Source: Betaproteobacteria bacterium
Lineage (GTDB): Bacteria > Pseudomonadota > Gammaproteobacteria > Burkholderiales > Casimicrobiaceae
Assembly (NCBI GenBank): GCA_016704895.1
Contig: JADIZG010000017.1
Span: 1,061 to 65,060 of the forward strand
Direction of reading: 5' to 3'
DNA: 64,000 nt
Position numbers and translations under genes: made by a program. Below the pieces are notes generated by a model, which searched no databases, was not told the DNA's origin, and saw nothing but the letters and a program-made list of their open reading frames with translations. This document shows, piece by piece, positions 9,219 through 19,299 of this stretch (positions are counted from its first letter, which is position 1; every line of letters begins with the position of its first letter).

Positions 9219-9692
9219 TCACGGCATCAGCGCCGCCTCGCAGCTAGGCTTGACACCTTTGGCCAGGTGGCTGAAGTCTCCGATCGCGTCTCCGACCTCG
9301 ACGCTCTGTCCCGGAAGCAGCACGGCCTCCAGGACGAACTCGCCGCCGTCCAACTTGCGCTACCGGACCATCGGATCCTGCGTCCGGCGGGCAACGGCAG
9401 ACGGCCGCCGAGACTGTTGGTGACGGTGTAGGTGCGTAATTTGCCGCCTCCGCCAAGTGGAGTCTTTACGACCTTCACCCATGCGACGCACTCGAGCGGC
9501 GTCCCTGCGGTGATGGCAGATGCGCCGGGTGCGCGGGGCGCGACGGGCTTGGCCGCGGTCGGCGCGACGCTGCGGCGGGGTCGGGCACTCTCACGCAGAC
9601 GGTGCCGACGATGACGCCGGTTTGTCGGCCGCCAGCGCGGGAACGGCGGCCATCAGGATGCAGGCGATCAGCGTGCAACGAATCCTCGGCAT
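9219..9692 (-). pseudogene. small secreted protein, reading frame broken twice as given
   Basis: RBS GGAGG plus ATG 9692 gives the signal peptide MPRIRCTLIACILMAAVPALAADKP, then a stop at 9591. Plausible continuation runs in two other frames (..ITAGTPLECVAWVKVVKTPLGGGGKLRTYTVTNSLGG.. then ..RKLDGGEFVLEAVLLPGQSVEVGDAIGDFSHLAKGVKPS, stop 9219). Confidence 0.3.
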
Positions 9693-9878
9693 GATCAACC
9701 TCCTGTGGAGCAGGGTCGGACTCGACTTTCCCCTCGACCGCCGCCTCGCGCGGAGCAGCCGCCCCAAGTCGAGCCTGGGCGGATTCAATCCGATGAATCA
9801 GCAGTTGCCCTGAGCGCAACGAGCGGGGTAATCCTGACCTGGGCGTTTCGCGTGGGCGCTCATCGAGCCCGAGCGCGA

Positions 9879-10253
9879 TTACGGCTTGCCGCGAACGTCG
9901 ACCTGAAAGGAAAAACTGCCGTTCAGCGACGGGGCCCCCTTCTGCATGGGGTTTCGTCCGTACAGTTCGACCACGAACGTATCTGAACCGACGTATCCGG
10001 GGTCCGGAAGATACTTCGCCGTGCTGCCGCCGGCCTCGACCTTGCCGTGCTTTGGCGAGTCAAGCACCTTCCACCCGTCGGGGTCGAATGAGCCCTGGAA
10101 CTTGAACGAGAACACGCATGGATTCCCATTGTTCAGCACACTCATTTTCGCTGGCGCGACGCCGCCTCTGACGAAATTTTCACGAGTGATCTCGCAGTCA
10201 GGACTTTGGGCCATAGCGGTGCCGGCGCAAACGGCCAACACTACGGCGACCAT
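9879..10253 (-). CDS. secreted protein with Ig-like/cadherin-like fold features
   Basis: Within track ORF 9879..10409. ATG 10253 gives the signal peptide MVAVVLAVCAGTAMAQ, then ..GKVEAGGSTAKYLPDPGYVGSDTFVVELYG.., a pattern common in bacterial Ig-like domains. Local GC is visibly lower than in the flanks. Confidence 0.5.
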   Translation of the reverse strand: MVAVVLAVCAGTAMAQSPDCEITRENFVRGGVAPAKMSVLNNGNPCVFSFKFQGSFDPDGWKVLDSPKHGKVEAGGSTAKYLPDPGYVGSDTFVVELYGRNPMQKGAPSLNGSFSFQVDVRGKP

Positions 10254-10405
10254 CCCAATCGGGCAGATCGATTTCCAGTCCTCTCCCTCTCCATTTGATG
10301 GTAGGTGGCGGAGACCGCACGAGCCGATCTTCGCGTCGCCGGACCGAAACATCCGCGTATTCGGCGGGGCCCAACGTGAATCGGCCCGAGTCCCCATGCC
10401 TCTGG

Positions 10406-11022
10406 TCACGGCGCCGCAAGAAATGTGGTCAGCACCGACGTTGCCGTCGACTCACCGTTGCTGGCGGGATTCGCAACGGAATGTATTCTGGTCGTGAGCA
10501 CCTGCTTTGCGAGCCACTTGATCTCCGGGCAATACCAACGAGTCCAGATCTGGTATTGGGTGTAGTACCTGGACCCGTAGGAGGATTCAGCCTCGACCCG
10601 ATAGCATTGAAAGGTTCCTGCCGGAACCGTTAGCGATTCATAGGCGCCACCTTGGCGTGACCAAGCTCGACAACGCCCGGGTGCTCGAAATTGATCGAAA
10701 ACGTCCACTCGTCACCCACGCGCAGCGGATATCTCACCAGCAAACGTGCCGCGTCGTCGCGACCGCCGCGAAGTGGGTTCAGGGCTGAGTCGCAGAAAAC
10801 TTCTCGGTTGTTTATCTTGGTCGCGATACGTTCGGGCGACTCGATCGCCTCGACCCTGAGCCTCCACTTGTCGAATTTGTCGTCTTTCGTATCCGTCCGA
10901 TGAAAAAACCACGAATCGCCGGGCCGGAACTCCGGCTTGTCGGCGATCGGTTGGGCATTGCCGTCATTCGGCGCGCCGGACAGCAGGATCGTGGTCCACG
11001 CGACTGCCAGGGTTCGGTTCAT
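10406..11022 (-). CDS. secreted hypothetical protein (one frameshift as given)
   Basis: ATG 11022 gives MNRTLAVAWTTILLSGAPNDGNAQP... (C-terminal part of track ORF 10630..12789, stop 10630). The sequence clearly continues in track ORF 10406..10708 (YESLTVPAGTFQCYRVEAESSY...). The switch is near 10635-10650. Confidence 0.45.
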
Positions 11023-11075
11023 CGTCGTCACTGGAAGTGATGCATCGACGGGTTTGCGTCGCCCTGATCCCGCGT

Positions 11076-12039
11076 TCACGGCTGCTGCGCGAGCGCCGGA
11101 TCCGCGTAGAGGCACGGCCCGACGATCGCGCGGGTCTCGTCGCTGCCCGCGTCGAGCACCGACACCGTCGCGCCTGGATGCCCCGGCGTATGGCGGACGC
11201 ACGACGACTCGATGCGCGTGTCGCGTTGGGCACCCTGCCTCCCGGATGCATGAAGTCGAGGAAGACCGCCTGGTGCGGGTCCAGGCCGAGAACGTCGGCT
11301 CGCCAGCACATTGCCTTGCCCGTCGAGCACGTCGGCGACGATGGCTTCCGATCTTTCGGGTAGTGCTCAGGATCGCGGGGATACCCGCCGGATTGTTGGG
11401 GAAAAACTCGGGATCGTCCGGGAAATGGGCCGGATCGTAGCCATGCCTGACCATCGACACCCGCAGCGCCTGACCGCGCACGAAGCCGATGGTGCCAGGC
11501 AGCGGGACGTCGGCGGGGATCGGGTCGTTGGCCTGGCCGCTGCCCAGCGCCGGGTCTTGAAAGTGCTCAGGATTACTGGGGTACAGCGTCAGCCCACTGC
11601 CGTCGTCGACGATCTGCAGCGAGCCGCCGACGGTGGATCCCGGCGAGTAACGGACGCGCGCGAACAGCTCGATCCGCGTGTCGCCCGGTTTCCCCTTCTT
11701 CTCCGGATGCACGAAATCGAGGAACCGCGCTTCGTTCGGCCCGAGTTGCGAGAATTCCGCGCTGGCCAGCACCTGCCCGTCGGCGCCGAAGATCTCCGCG
11801 ACGATCAGGTCGGGACTGATAATGCCGCCGGGATCGCCGTGGTCGTGGTTGACCACCGCGAGGCGGGCGAACTGGCCACGCAGCAGGCCGACGGTGCCCG
11901 GCAGCGGCGGCAGCCGTTCCTGATCGGACGAGGGAGGCGGGTCGACCGGGTCCTGCGCTCGGGCGCCGTGCGTCACGCCCCCCAGGCCGAGCATTCCGAG
12001 TCCCTGCAGCACGCGTCGACGCGAGACGGTGGGGGTCAT
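11076..12039 (-). CDS. TAT-signal protein with an internal ~120-aa duplication (second copy broken by at least 3 frameshifts)
   Basis: ATG 12039 gives MTPTVSRRRVLQGLGMLGLGGVTHGARAQ (twin-arginine signal). Repeat 1 is LPPLPGTVGLLRGQFARLAVVNHDHGDPGG...ARFLDFVHPEKKG...DTRIELFARVRYSPGSTVGGSLQIVDDGSG. Repeat 2 (VPLPGTIGFVRGQALRVSMVRHGYDP..) continues in track ORFs 11076..11330 and 10964..11311 (LDGQGNVLAS / AVFLDFMHPGG / DTRIESSCVRHTPGHPGATVSVLDAGSD). Confidence 0.5.
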
Positions 12040-12092
12040 GGGAATCCCTCCTCGAACGATGACCCTACTCCCATCATGGGCGATGTCAATGC
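12040..12092 (-). promoter_or_regulatory. conserved promoter/leader, copy A (TTGACA-16 nt-TAGGGT, RBS GAGGAGGG, then ATG 12039)
   Basis: The minus-strand sequence GCATTGACATCGCCCATGATGGGAGTAGGGTCATCGTTCGAGGAGGGATTCCC lies immediately 5' of the TAT-protein ATG. It is about 80% identical to copy B at 15731-15784. Confidence 0.45.
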
Positions 12093-12101
12093 TTTCTCCG
12101 A

Positions 12102-13116
12102 CTACCGCCGGGCGTCGAGCGTGCATCGCTCGACCTTGCGCTCCCGCCGCATCGCTTCGCAGCGGTCGAAGCCCGCGCGCGTTGCGCAGGTGAAGCGCCC
12201 TTCGCCTGGCGCCGCGGTGCACGACAACGCCGCGAGTTCGCGTGCCGCACCGCCAGCGGCCGCGGCGGGGACGACGCTCGAGGATCCGCCAGCCAACGTC
12301 GCCTGCGCACGCTGCCCGCCGGCCGCTCCAGACGGCGCGGCGTGGGTGGAGGGGGTCGAGAGCGCACCCCGCTGCGGTGTCGTCGCCGGCGGGGCGACCG
12401 AGCCCGCTGAGGGCTGCATCGCGGGCGCCACGCGCATGGCCGTCCCGCCAACGGTCGGCGTCCCCGCGCCCGCGCTCGCGCCGGCCTTGGCCCCGGCGCT
12501 CGACGCGTCGTATGCGCCCGCGCCGGTCTTGGCCCCCGCGCTCGACGCGTCGTTCGCGCCCCCGCCGGCAGGCGACTTCTGCCCCAGCTTGCTGGTCTCC
12601 TTCAACGCCGCCGCGGCGCCTTCCAGCGGAGGCTTCGAAAACTGGGCGGCCTCCGCCATCGTCGTCCTGCCCTTGAGAATCGGCTGATGCTGCTTGAGCG
12701 GCGGTCCCGAGAACTCGTCGAGCTTGGTCGAATTGTTGTGCGAGACGACGACGCACGCCGCCGCGCCGATCAGCGGGTCGCCGCCGCACTTGAACACGCT
12801 CTCCACGTCGCCGGAATGCTTGCCGAGCGAGCCTTCCACCCGAAGGCGCCCCCGAGGGTTCCGGTCGTCGCGTTCCACGCTGCGACGCCGTCGACGATCA
12901 GCGTCCGCTGCTGGACTGGTTCATGCCGCCAAAGGCAACGACCTGGCAGCTGCCGGCGAACTTGTAGTCGTGCAGCGTCAGCGCGGGAACGCCCTTCGCC
13001 GCTGCGAGCTTCAGGCCCGCGCAGTTCAACAGCGCGGCATGCGCCGGCATCGCGAGGCCGGCCGCGCCCAGGCAGGCTGCCGCAAGCAGCACGCGGACCG
13101 CAGGAAACTCGTTCAT
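12102..13116 (-). CDS. secreted Cys-containing, Ala/Gly/Ser-rich protein ending in a 4-Cys module (2 frameshifts as given)
   Basis: ATG 13116 gives the signal peptide MNEFPAVRVLLAAACLGAAGLAMPAHA (track ORF 12898..13116). It continues in track ORF 12770..13147 (LIVDGVAAWNATTGTLGGAFGWK) and then in 12102..12878 (GSLGKHSGDVESVFKCGGDPL ... ARELAALSCTAAPGEGRFTCATRAGFDRCEAMRRERKVERCTLDARR). Confidence 0.45.
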
Positions 13117-13207
13117 GGCAGCCTCCTTTCACCGTCGCACAACGCACCCCACTGCCCGAGGCTGCGCGCCGATCCCCGACGGGCGGCCGCAGCGCTCGCC
13201 GTGCCGT

Positions 13208-15605
13208 TCATCGCCGCTCGACCAGCGTGCATCGCTCGACCTTGCGCTCGCGCCGCAGCGCTTCGCAGCGGTCGAAGCCCGCTCGCGTCGCGCAGGTGAA
13301 GCGCCCTTCGCCTGGCGCCGCGGTGCACGACAACGCCGCGAGTTCGCGTGCAGGCGTAATCGCCCTGGCGACGAGCGCCGTGTTGGTCCTCGGTGCGGGC
13401 GCCGCGGCGGCCGGCGCGGGCGGGGTCACCGCAACGGCCTGACGACTGGTCGAACCCCAGTTCGGCGTTGCCGCCGGCACCGGGGTGCGCGCGACGGTCG
13501 GCGCGGACTGCACGGACGGGGACGGTTGCGGCTGCGGTCCCGGCAGCGAGCGAACCGCACTCACGGGCGCCTGGGCCGCCGGCAGCGCGGACCTCGGCCG
13601 GCCGAACTCGCCGCCCGCCGCCGCCTGCGGACCGGCCTGCGCGGGCATCGCCGCCCTGCCCGTCGTCGTGAACGCCGTCGACGGCTCGATCGCCGGGTCG
13701 GGCTCGCCGGGCCGGACGAGCTTCAGTCGTCCGGCCGGCACCGGCGGCGTCACGTCAGGCCGCGGGTGGACCGCCGTTGGCGGCGCCGCGGCCAACTCGC
13801 CCGGATGCAGCGCGACACCCTGGTTCGCGTTATCGGCCATCAGGAAGTTCTCGAGGCGCGTCGGCACCGCCGCCGTTGGGATCGGACGGACAGTAGTCGA
13901 CGCCGAGGTTCGGCATCAGGCCGAGTTGCGTCTTCAGCGCCTGCTTGCCGGCACAGCGGATCGCCACCGGGTCGGGCGAGCCTGGCTGGCAGGCTGCGCC
14001 GGAATCCATCGCGGCCGACACCATCAGCGTCGGCGGCGTGCCCGCCTTCACGTTGAGCTGACCGGCGATCTGCAGCGCGTCGAGCTTGGCGCTCTCGAAC
14101 GACGGATCGGACAACGGCGTGCAGGCGATGGCGAGCGTGCCGAACCAGGGGGCGCCCTTCTGCGCCTGCATGCCTGCCACCAGGCTCTTGCACCGGTCCA
14201 CCTTCCAGGGGCGGGTGCACTGCACGGTCGAGGCGGTCTGCGCCGGCTTGCAGCGCTTTCCCAGTTGCTGCGCGATCTGCGGCGCGAGTGCCGCGTTGGC
14301 CTTGGCGGCGTCGACCACGCACTGGCTCGCGTGCGTCGGCAGCGCCGCGAGACAGCTCGCCCTCGCGTCGTAGTTGACGCAGTACAAGTTGCTGCTGCTC
14401 GTCGCCGTGCACCCCTGCTTGGCGAGCAGCGCGAGCTGCATCTCGAGCATCTGCTTCTGGCCGACCGGCCAGGAGCAGGTCCTGGCCCTGCAGCGTGATC
14501 CCAACGTCGGGCGCGGCTGGGTGGAGGCAGGCCGTCGCCTCCAGCAGCGGGAATTTCCATCAGGTGGCAGGCGTTGCCTCCCAGTTGGCCGGGGACTTGC
14601 CCCGAACTCCTGTAGAAAAGATAGTGGTACAGCAGGTTCGTCCGCAGGTTCAGCTCGAAGTAGGCGGCCGCCGCACCGTCGAGTTGCGCTGCCACCGGAT
14701 TCACCGTGTCGAGAAAGACCTTGCGCATCGCGTCGCAGGGCTTGGCGCTGCCGAAGTACTCGTTGCACGACGAGTGCTTGTCGTTGACGAAAGCCGTCAG
14801 CGCCGCGTCGCCCTTCACGTACTTGAGCCACGCGCCCAGGTGCGTGGTGTTGGCCCAGTAGGCCTTGAAGTACGCCTTCGGCGTCTGCTTCGCGTGGTAG
14901 GAGCCGAGCACTTTGTCGCCCGCGTCGAAGACGTATCCCGCGGCGTCGACCGCAAGGCCGGCCAGCTCGGCCAATCCTTCCGCCAGCTCCTTGCCGGCCG
15001 CGAGGATCTCGCCGAGCGCGCCGCAGGCGATCTCGCGCATCGCCGCCGGTATGACGTCGACTCGCAGGCCAGACCGGGACCGAGGATCGACACGAGTCCA
15101 GCACGTCGGGCGGAGAGTCCGATACCGCCGCGACCACGCCGCTCAGGACCGGCTTGGCCAGCTTGGCCAGTTCGGAGGAAATGCTCGAGCAGAGGACGGC
15201 CTTGACGGGCCCGGGCGGCATCGCCGCCGTGCAGGCGAGTTGGACGACCAGCTCGCTCCCTCCGATCTCGATCACCTTGCCCCACTGCTTCTTCGACGCA
15301 GCGATGCCCACGGTGACCACCGTCTGCGCGGTGGAGTGGGACGCGAGGTAGCCGTCGGCCTTCGCCTTGGCGAGTGCGCCGCCGCACACCTGCAGCGTCT
15401 TGTCGTTGAGCGCGCCCTGGCCGATCGCGCACTTGAGCAGCTGCTTCGCGTTGAAGAGGTCCGGGTCGACCGACTGCAGCACCAGGTCGAGGATGGTGTC
15501 CATCACGTCCGCGCGCGCGGCTGGCGCCGCGAGCATCAATGCGCACAGGCCGGCGGTGATCGCCGCGAGCCGCGAGCCCTGGAATACGTGGCGCCAGCCG
15601 TTCAT
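13208..15605 (-). CDS. large (~800 aa) secreted Cys-rich protein with Pro/Ala-rich tail and the same 4-Cys C-terminal module (at least 3 frameshifts as given)
   Basis: ATG 15605 gives MNGWRHVFQGSRLAAITAGLCALMLAAPAARA (signal peptide) in the frame of track ORF 13830..17252. It continues in 14048..15040 (MREIACGALGEILAAGKEL...), returns to the 13830 frame (QKQMLEMQLALLAKQGCTATSSSNLYCVNYDARASC...), then runs in 13208..13867 (...ARELAALSCTAAPGEGRFTCATRAGFDRCEALRRERKVERCTLVERR). An alternative start is ATG 15730, directly after leader copy B. As given, that ATG opens only a 40-codon ORF ending at 15608. Confidence 0.45.
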
Positions 15606-15730
15606 GACTACCGCGCTGCTCGAGGTCCTGCGAACGGCCGGATGATAGACGATCGCGTGACGATCGTGGGTGGACCGGGCCGCCGGGATAGCCGAGCCGT
15701 GATGGACCGTGGCGGAACGACGGGGGCCAT

Positions 15731-15784
15731 GGGAATCCCTCTTCGACCGAAAGACCCTACCCCGTTCATGGGCGAAGTCAATGC
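15731..15784 (-). promoter_or_regulatory. conserved promoter/leader, copy B
   Basis: The minus-strand sequence GCATTGACTTCGCCCATGAACGGGGTAGGGTCTTTCGGTCGAAGAGGGATTCCC is followed by ATG 15730. It is a paralogue of copy A at 12040-12092. Confidence 0.45.
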
Positions 15785-15940
15785 TGCGCCGCGCGGCTCG
15801 GGGACGCCCCAAAAAAAACGGGACGCCGGAGAGGCGTCCCGCAAGGCCACTGAGGAGAAACGATCGAGGAGGAGACCCCGACTTGCTGCTTACCCGCGGA
15901 CGGGCACGGGCCCGCCCGCGGACAACCTTCCCGGCGACGC

Positions 15941-17464
15941 CTACATCCGGTAGGCCGACTCGCCGTGCGAGCTGATGTCGAGGCCCTCGCGCTCCTCTTC
16001 CTCGGAGACGCGCAACCCGACGACCATGTCGACGACCTTGTACGAGAGGTAGGCGACCACGCCCGACCAGATCACGGTCACGCCCACCGCCTTCGCCTGG
16101 ATCCACACCTGGCCCGCGATCGAGTAGTCCGCCGCCTTGACGATCTCGCCGGTCACCCAGTTCGACACGTAGCCGGGGCCGCCGAGCGACGGGTCGTTGA
16201 ACACGCCGGTGAGCAGCGCGCCCAGGATGCCGCCCAGCGCGTGCACGCCGAACACGTCGAGCGAGTCGTCGACGCGCAGCATGCGCTTGAGCCCGCTGAC
16301 GCCCCAGAAGCAGACGAGTCCCGCCGCGATGCCGATCGCGAACGCGCCCGGGATGCCGACGTTGCCGGCGGCCGGGGTGATCGCGACCAGGCCCGCCACG
16401 GCGCCCGAGGCCGCGCCGAGCATCGACGGCTTGCCCTTCAGCATCCACTCGGCGAGGATCCACGACATCACGGCGCAGGCGGTGGCGAGGAACGTGTTCA
16501 CGAACGCGAGCACCGCCGAGTTGCCTGCTTCCAGCGCGGAACCCGCGTTGAACCCGAACCAGCCGGTCCACAGCAGCGCCGCGCCGATCATCGTGAGCGG
16601 CAGGTTGTTCGGCGGCATCGCTTCGCGGCCGTAGCCGATGCGCTTGCCGAGCACGTAGGCGCCGACGAGGCCCGCGATGCCGGCGTTGATGTGCACGACC
16701 GTGCCGCCCGCGAAGTCCAGCGCGCCCCACTGCCAGATCATGCCGGCCTTGGCGGTGAGCTCGTCGATCAGCTTCGGATCCGTGTAGGCGTCCGGGCCCA
16801 TCCAGAACCACACCATGTGCGCGATCGGCGTGTAGGCGAACGTGAACCAGAGGATCGAGAACAGCAGCAGCGCCGAGAACTTGATGCGCTCGGCGAACGC
16901 GCCGACGATCAGGCACACGGTGATCGCCGCGAACGTCGCCTGGAACGCCACGAACAGCAGCTCGGGGATCGGCGTGTTCTTCGAGAACGTCGCCGCCATC
17001 GCGAACGCGCCCGTCGACGAGTCGAACGTTCCCTTGAGGAACAGCCGGTCGAAGCCGCCGATGTAGGCGTTGCCCTCGGTGAACGCGAGGCTGTAGCCGT
17101 AGACGCACCACAGCACCGTGATCATCGAGAACACGACGAACACCTGCATCAGCACCGACAGGATGTTCTTCGACCGCACCATGCCGCCGTAGAACAGCGC
17201 GAGCGCCGGGATGCTCATCATGATGACGAGCAGCGTCGACGTCAGCATCCACGCGACGTCGCCCTTGTTGGGCGTCGGCGCCGGGGCGGCGGTGGCGGCG
17301 GGGGTCGCCGCAGGGGCTGCCGCCGGGGCGGCGGCTGGCGCGTCGGCGGGAGCCGTGGCCGCAGGGGTCGCCGCGGCTGCGGGCGCCTTGTCCTGCGCGA
17401 GCGCCGCGGGGACCGCGAACGCGACCGCGCCGACGAGCGCGATCAGTGCGAATAGCTTCTTCAT
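15941..17464 (-). CDS. amtB: ammonium transporter AmtB (signal peptide plus Ala/Pro-rich N-terminal linker)
   Basis: Track ORF of 507 aa with Amt family motifs (DFAGGTVVHINAGIAGL, GFNAGSA, VFGVHALGGILGALLTG). It lies directly downstream of glnK. Confidence 0.95.
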   Translation of the reverse strand: MKKLFALIALVGAVAFAVPAALAQDKAPAAAATPAATAPADAPAAAPAAAPAATPAATAAPAPTPNKGDVAWMLTSTLLVIMMSIPALALFYGGMVRSKNILSVLMQVFVVFSMITVLWCVYGYSLAFTEGNAYIGGFDRLFLKGTFDSSTGAFAMAATFSKNTPIPELLFVAFQATFAAITVCLIVGAFAERIKFSALLLFSILWFTFAYTPIAHMVWFWMGPDAYTDPKLIDELTAKAGMIWQWGALDFAGGTVVHINAGIAGLVGAYVLGKRIGYGREAMPPNNLPLTMIGAALLWTGWFGFNAGSALEAGNSAVLAFVNTFLATACAVMSWILAEWMLKGKPSMLGAASGAVAGLVAITPAAGNVGIPGAFAIGIAAGLVCFWGVSGLKRMLRVDDSLDVFGVHALGGILGALLTGVFNDPSLGGPGYVSNWVTGEIVKAADYSIAGQVWIQAKAVGVTVIWSGVVAYLSYKVVDMVVGLRVSEEEEREGLDISSHGESAYRM

Positions 17465-17474
17465 GATGGCTCCC

Positions 17475-18654
<1,180 letters not shown>

Positions 18655-18700
18655 GGGAATCCTCGAAGGGTGGATGAGGTAAGACGTCCGGACCCTCTTC

Positions 18701-18716
18701 AGCATTTCGTGTGCCA
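18701..18716 (-). promoter_or_regulatory. sigma54 (-24/-12) promoter for torF-glnK-amtB
   Basis: The minus strand reads TGGCACACGAAATGCT (GG and GC at canonical spacing), 47 nt upstream of ATG 18654. Confidence 0.5.
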
Positions 18717-18789
18717 CCGCAGCAAACGATTATAAAACAACTAGTTAGACTATTCGCGGCGACAGTGTCCCCCGCATGGCCTCCTCTGG

Positions 18790-18805
18790 CGCACCAAACG
18801 GTGCG
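18790..18805. promoter_or_regulatory. palindrome resembling an NtrC enhancer half-site pair
   Basis: CGCACCAAACGGTGCG lies about 75 nt upstream of the sigma54 element. The spacer is 1 nt shorter than the E. coli TGCACC-N5-GGTGCA consensus. Confidence 0.25.
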
Positions 18806-18948
18806 GTCGGACTCCGCCGCACCACCGCGGCGCGGCGCGCGAGCGCGGCCCCTTTCCAGGGATCGTTCGTTCAGCCGCGACCGTCGCGTCGGGTGCATTT
18901 GCTAGACTGGACCGGATCGAGCGAAGCAATCCCCACGAGGACCGGCAG

Positions 18949-19191
18949 ATGATCAGCAGCGCGACCCTGGACGACCTGGCGCGGCGCATCGGGCGCGCGA
19001 TCGAGGCCTCGCCCGCGAAGGACATCGAGAAGAACGTGAAGGCGCTGCTGCAGGGCGGCCTCGCGAAGCTCGACGTCGTGCCCCGTGCCGAGTTCGACGT
19101 GCAGGCGAAGGTGCTCGCGCGCACGCGCGAGAAGCTCGACGCGCTCGAGCGGAGGGTGGCTGAACTCGAGGCGCGGCAGGCCGGCGGCTAG
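18949..19191 (+). CDS. ubiK: ubiquinone biosynthesis accessory factor UbiK (YqiC/BMFP family)
   Basis: Track ORF of 80 aa. LDVVPRAEFDVQAKVLARTREKLDALERRVAELE matches the YqiC coiled-coil core. Confidence 0.7.
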   Translation: MISSATLDDLARRIGRAIEASPAKDIEKNVKALLQGGLAKLDVVPRAEFDVQAKVLARTREKLDALERRVAELEARQAGG

Positions 19192-19299
19192 CGCCCAAGT
19201 GCGGGTTGGCCGCCGACCGGTCGTCGGCGCGCGAACGCCTCCGACCATCGGCACATGCGCGTCGTGGCCGACGCGTGCGGCAGCGGGCGGCTCAGGAAC

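Noticed and set aside
15850-15940. A GC-rich imperfect hairpin downstream of amtB as a terminator.
   Set aside because: The stem has a mismatch and is not followed by a T tract on the minus strand, so the support is insufficient.
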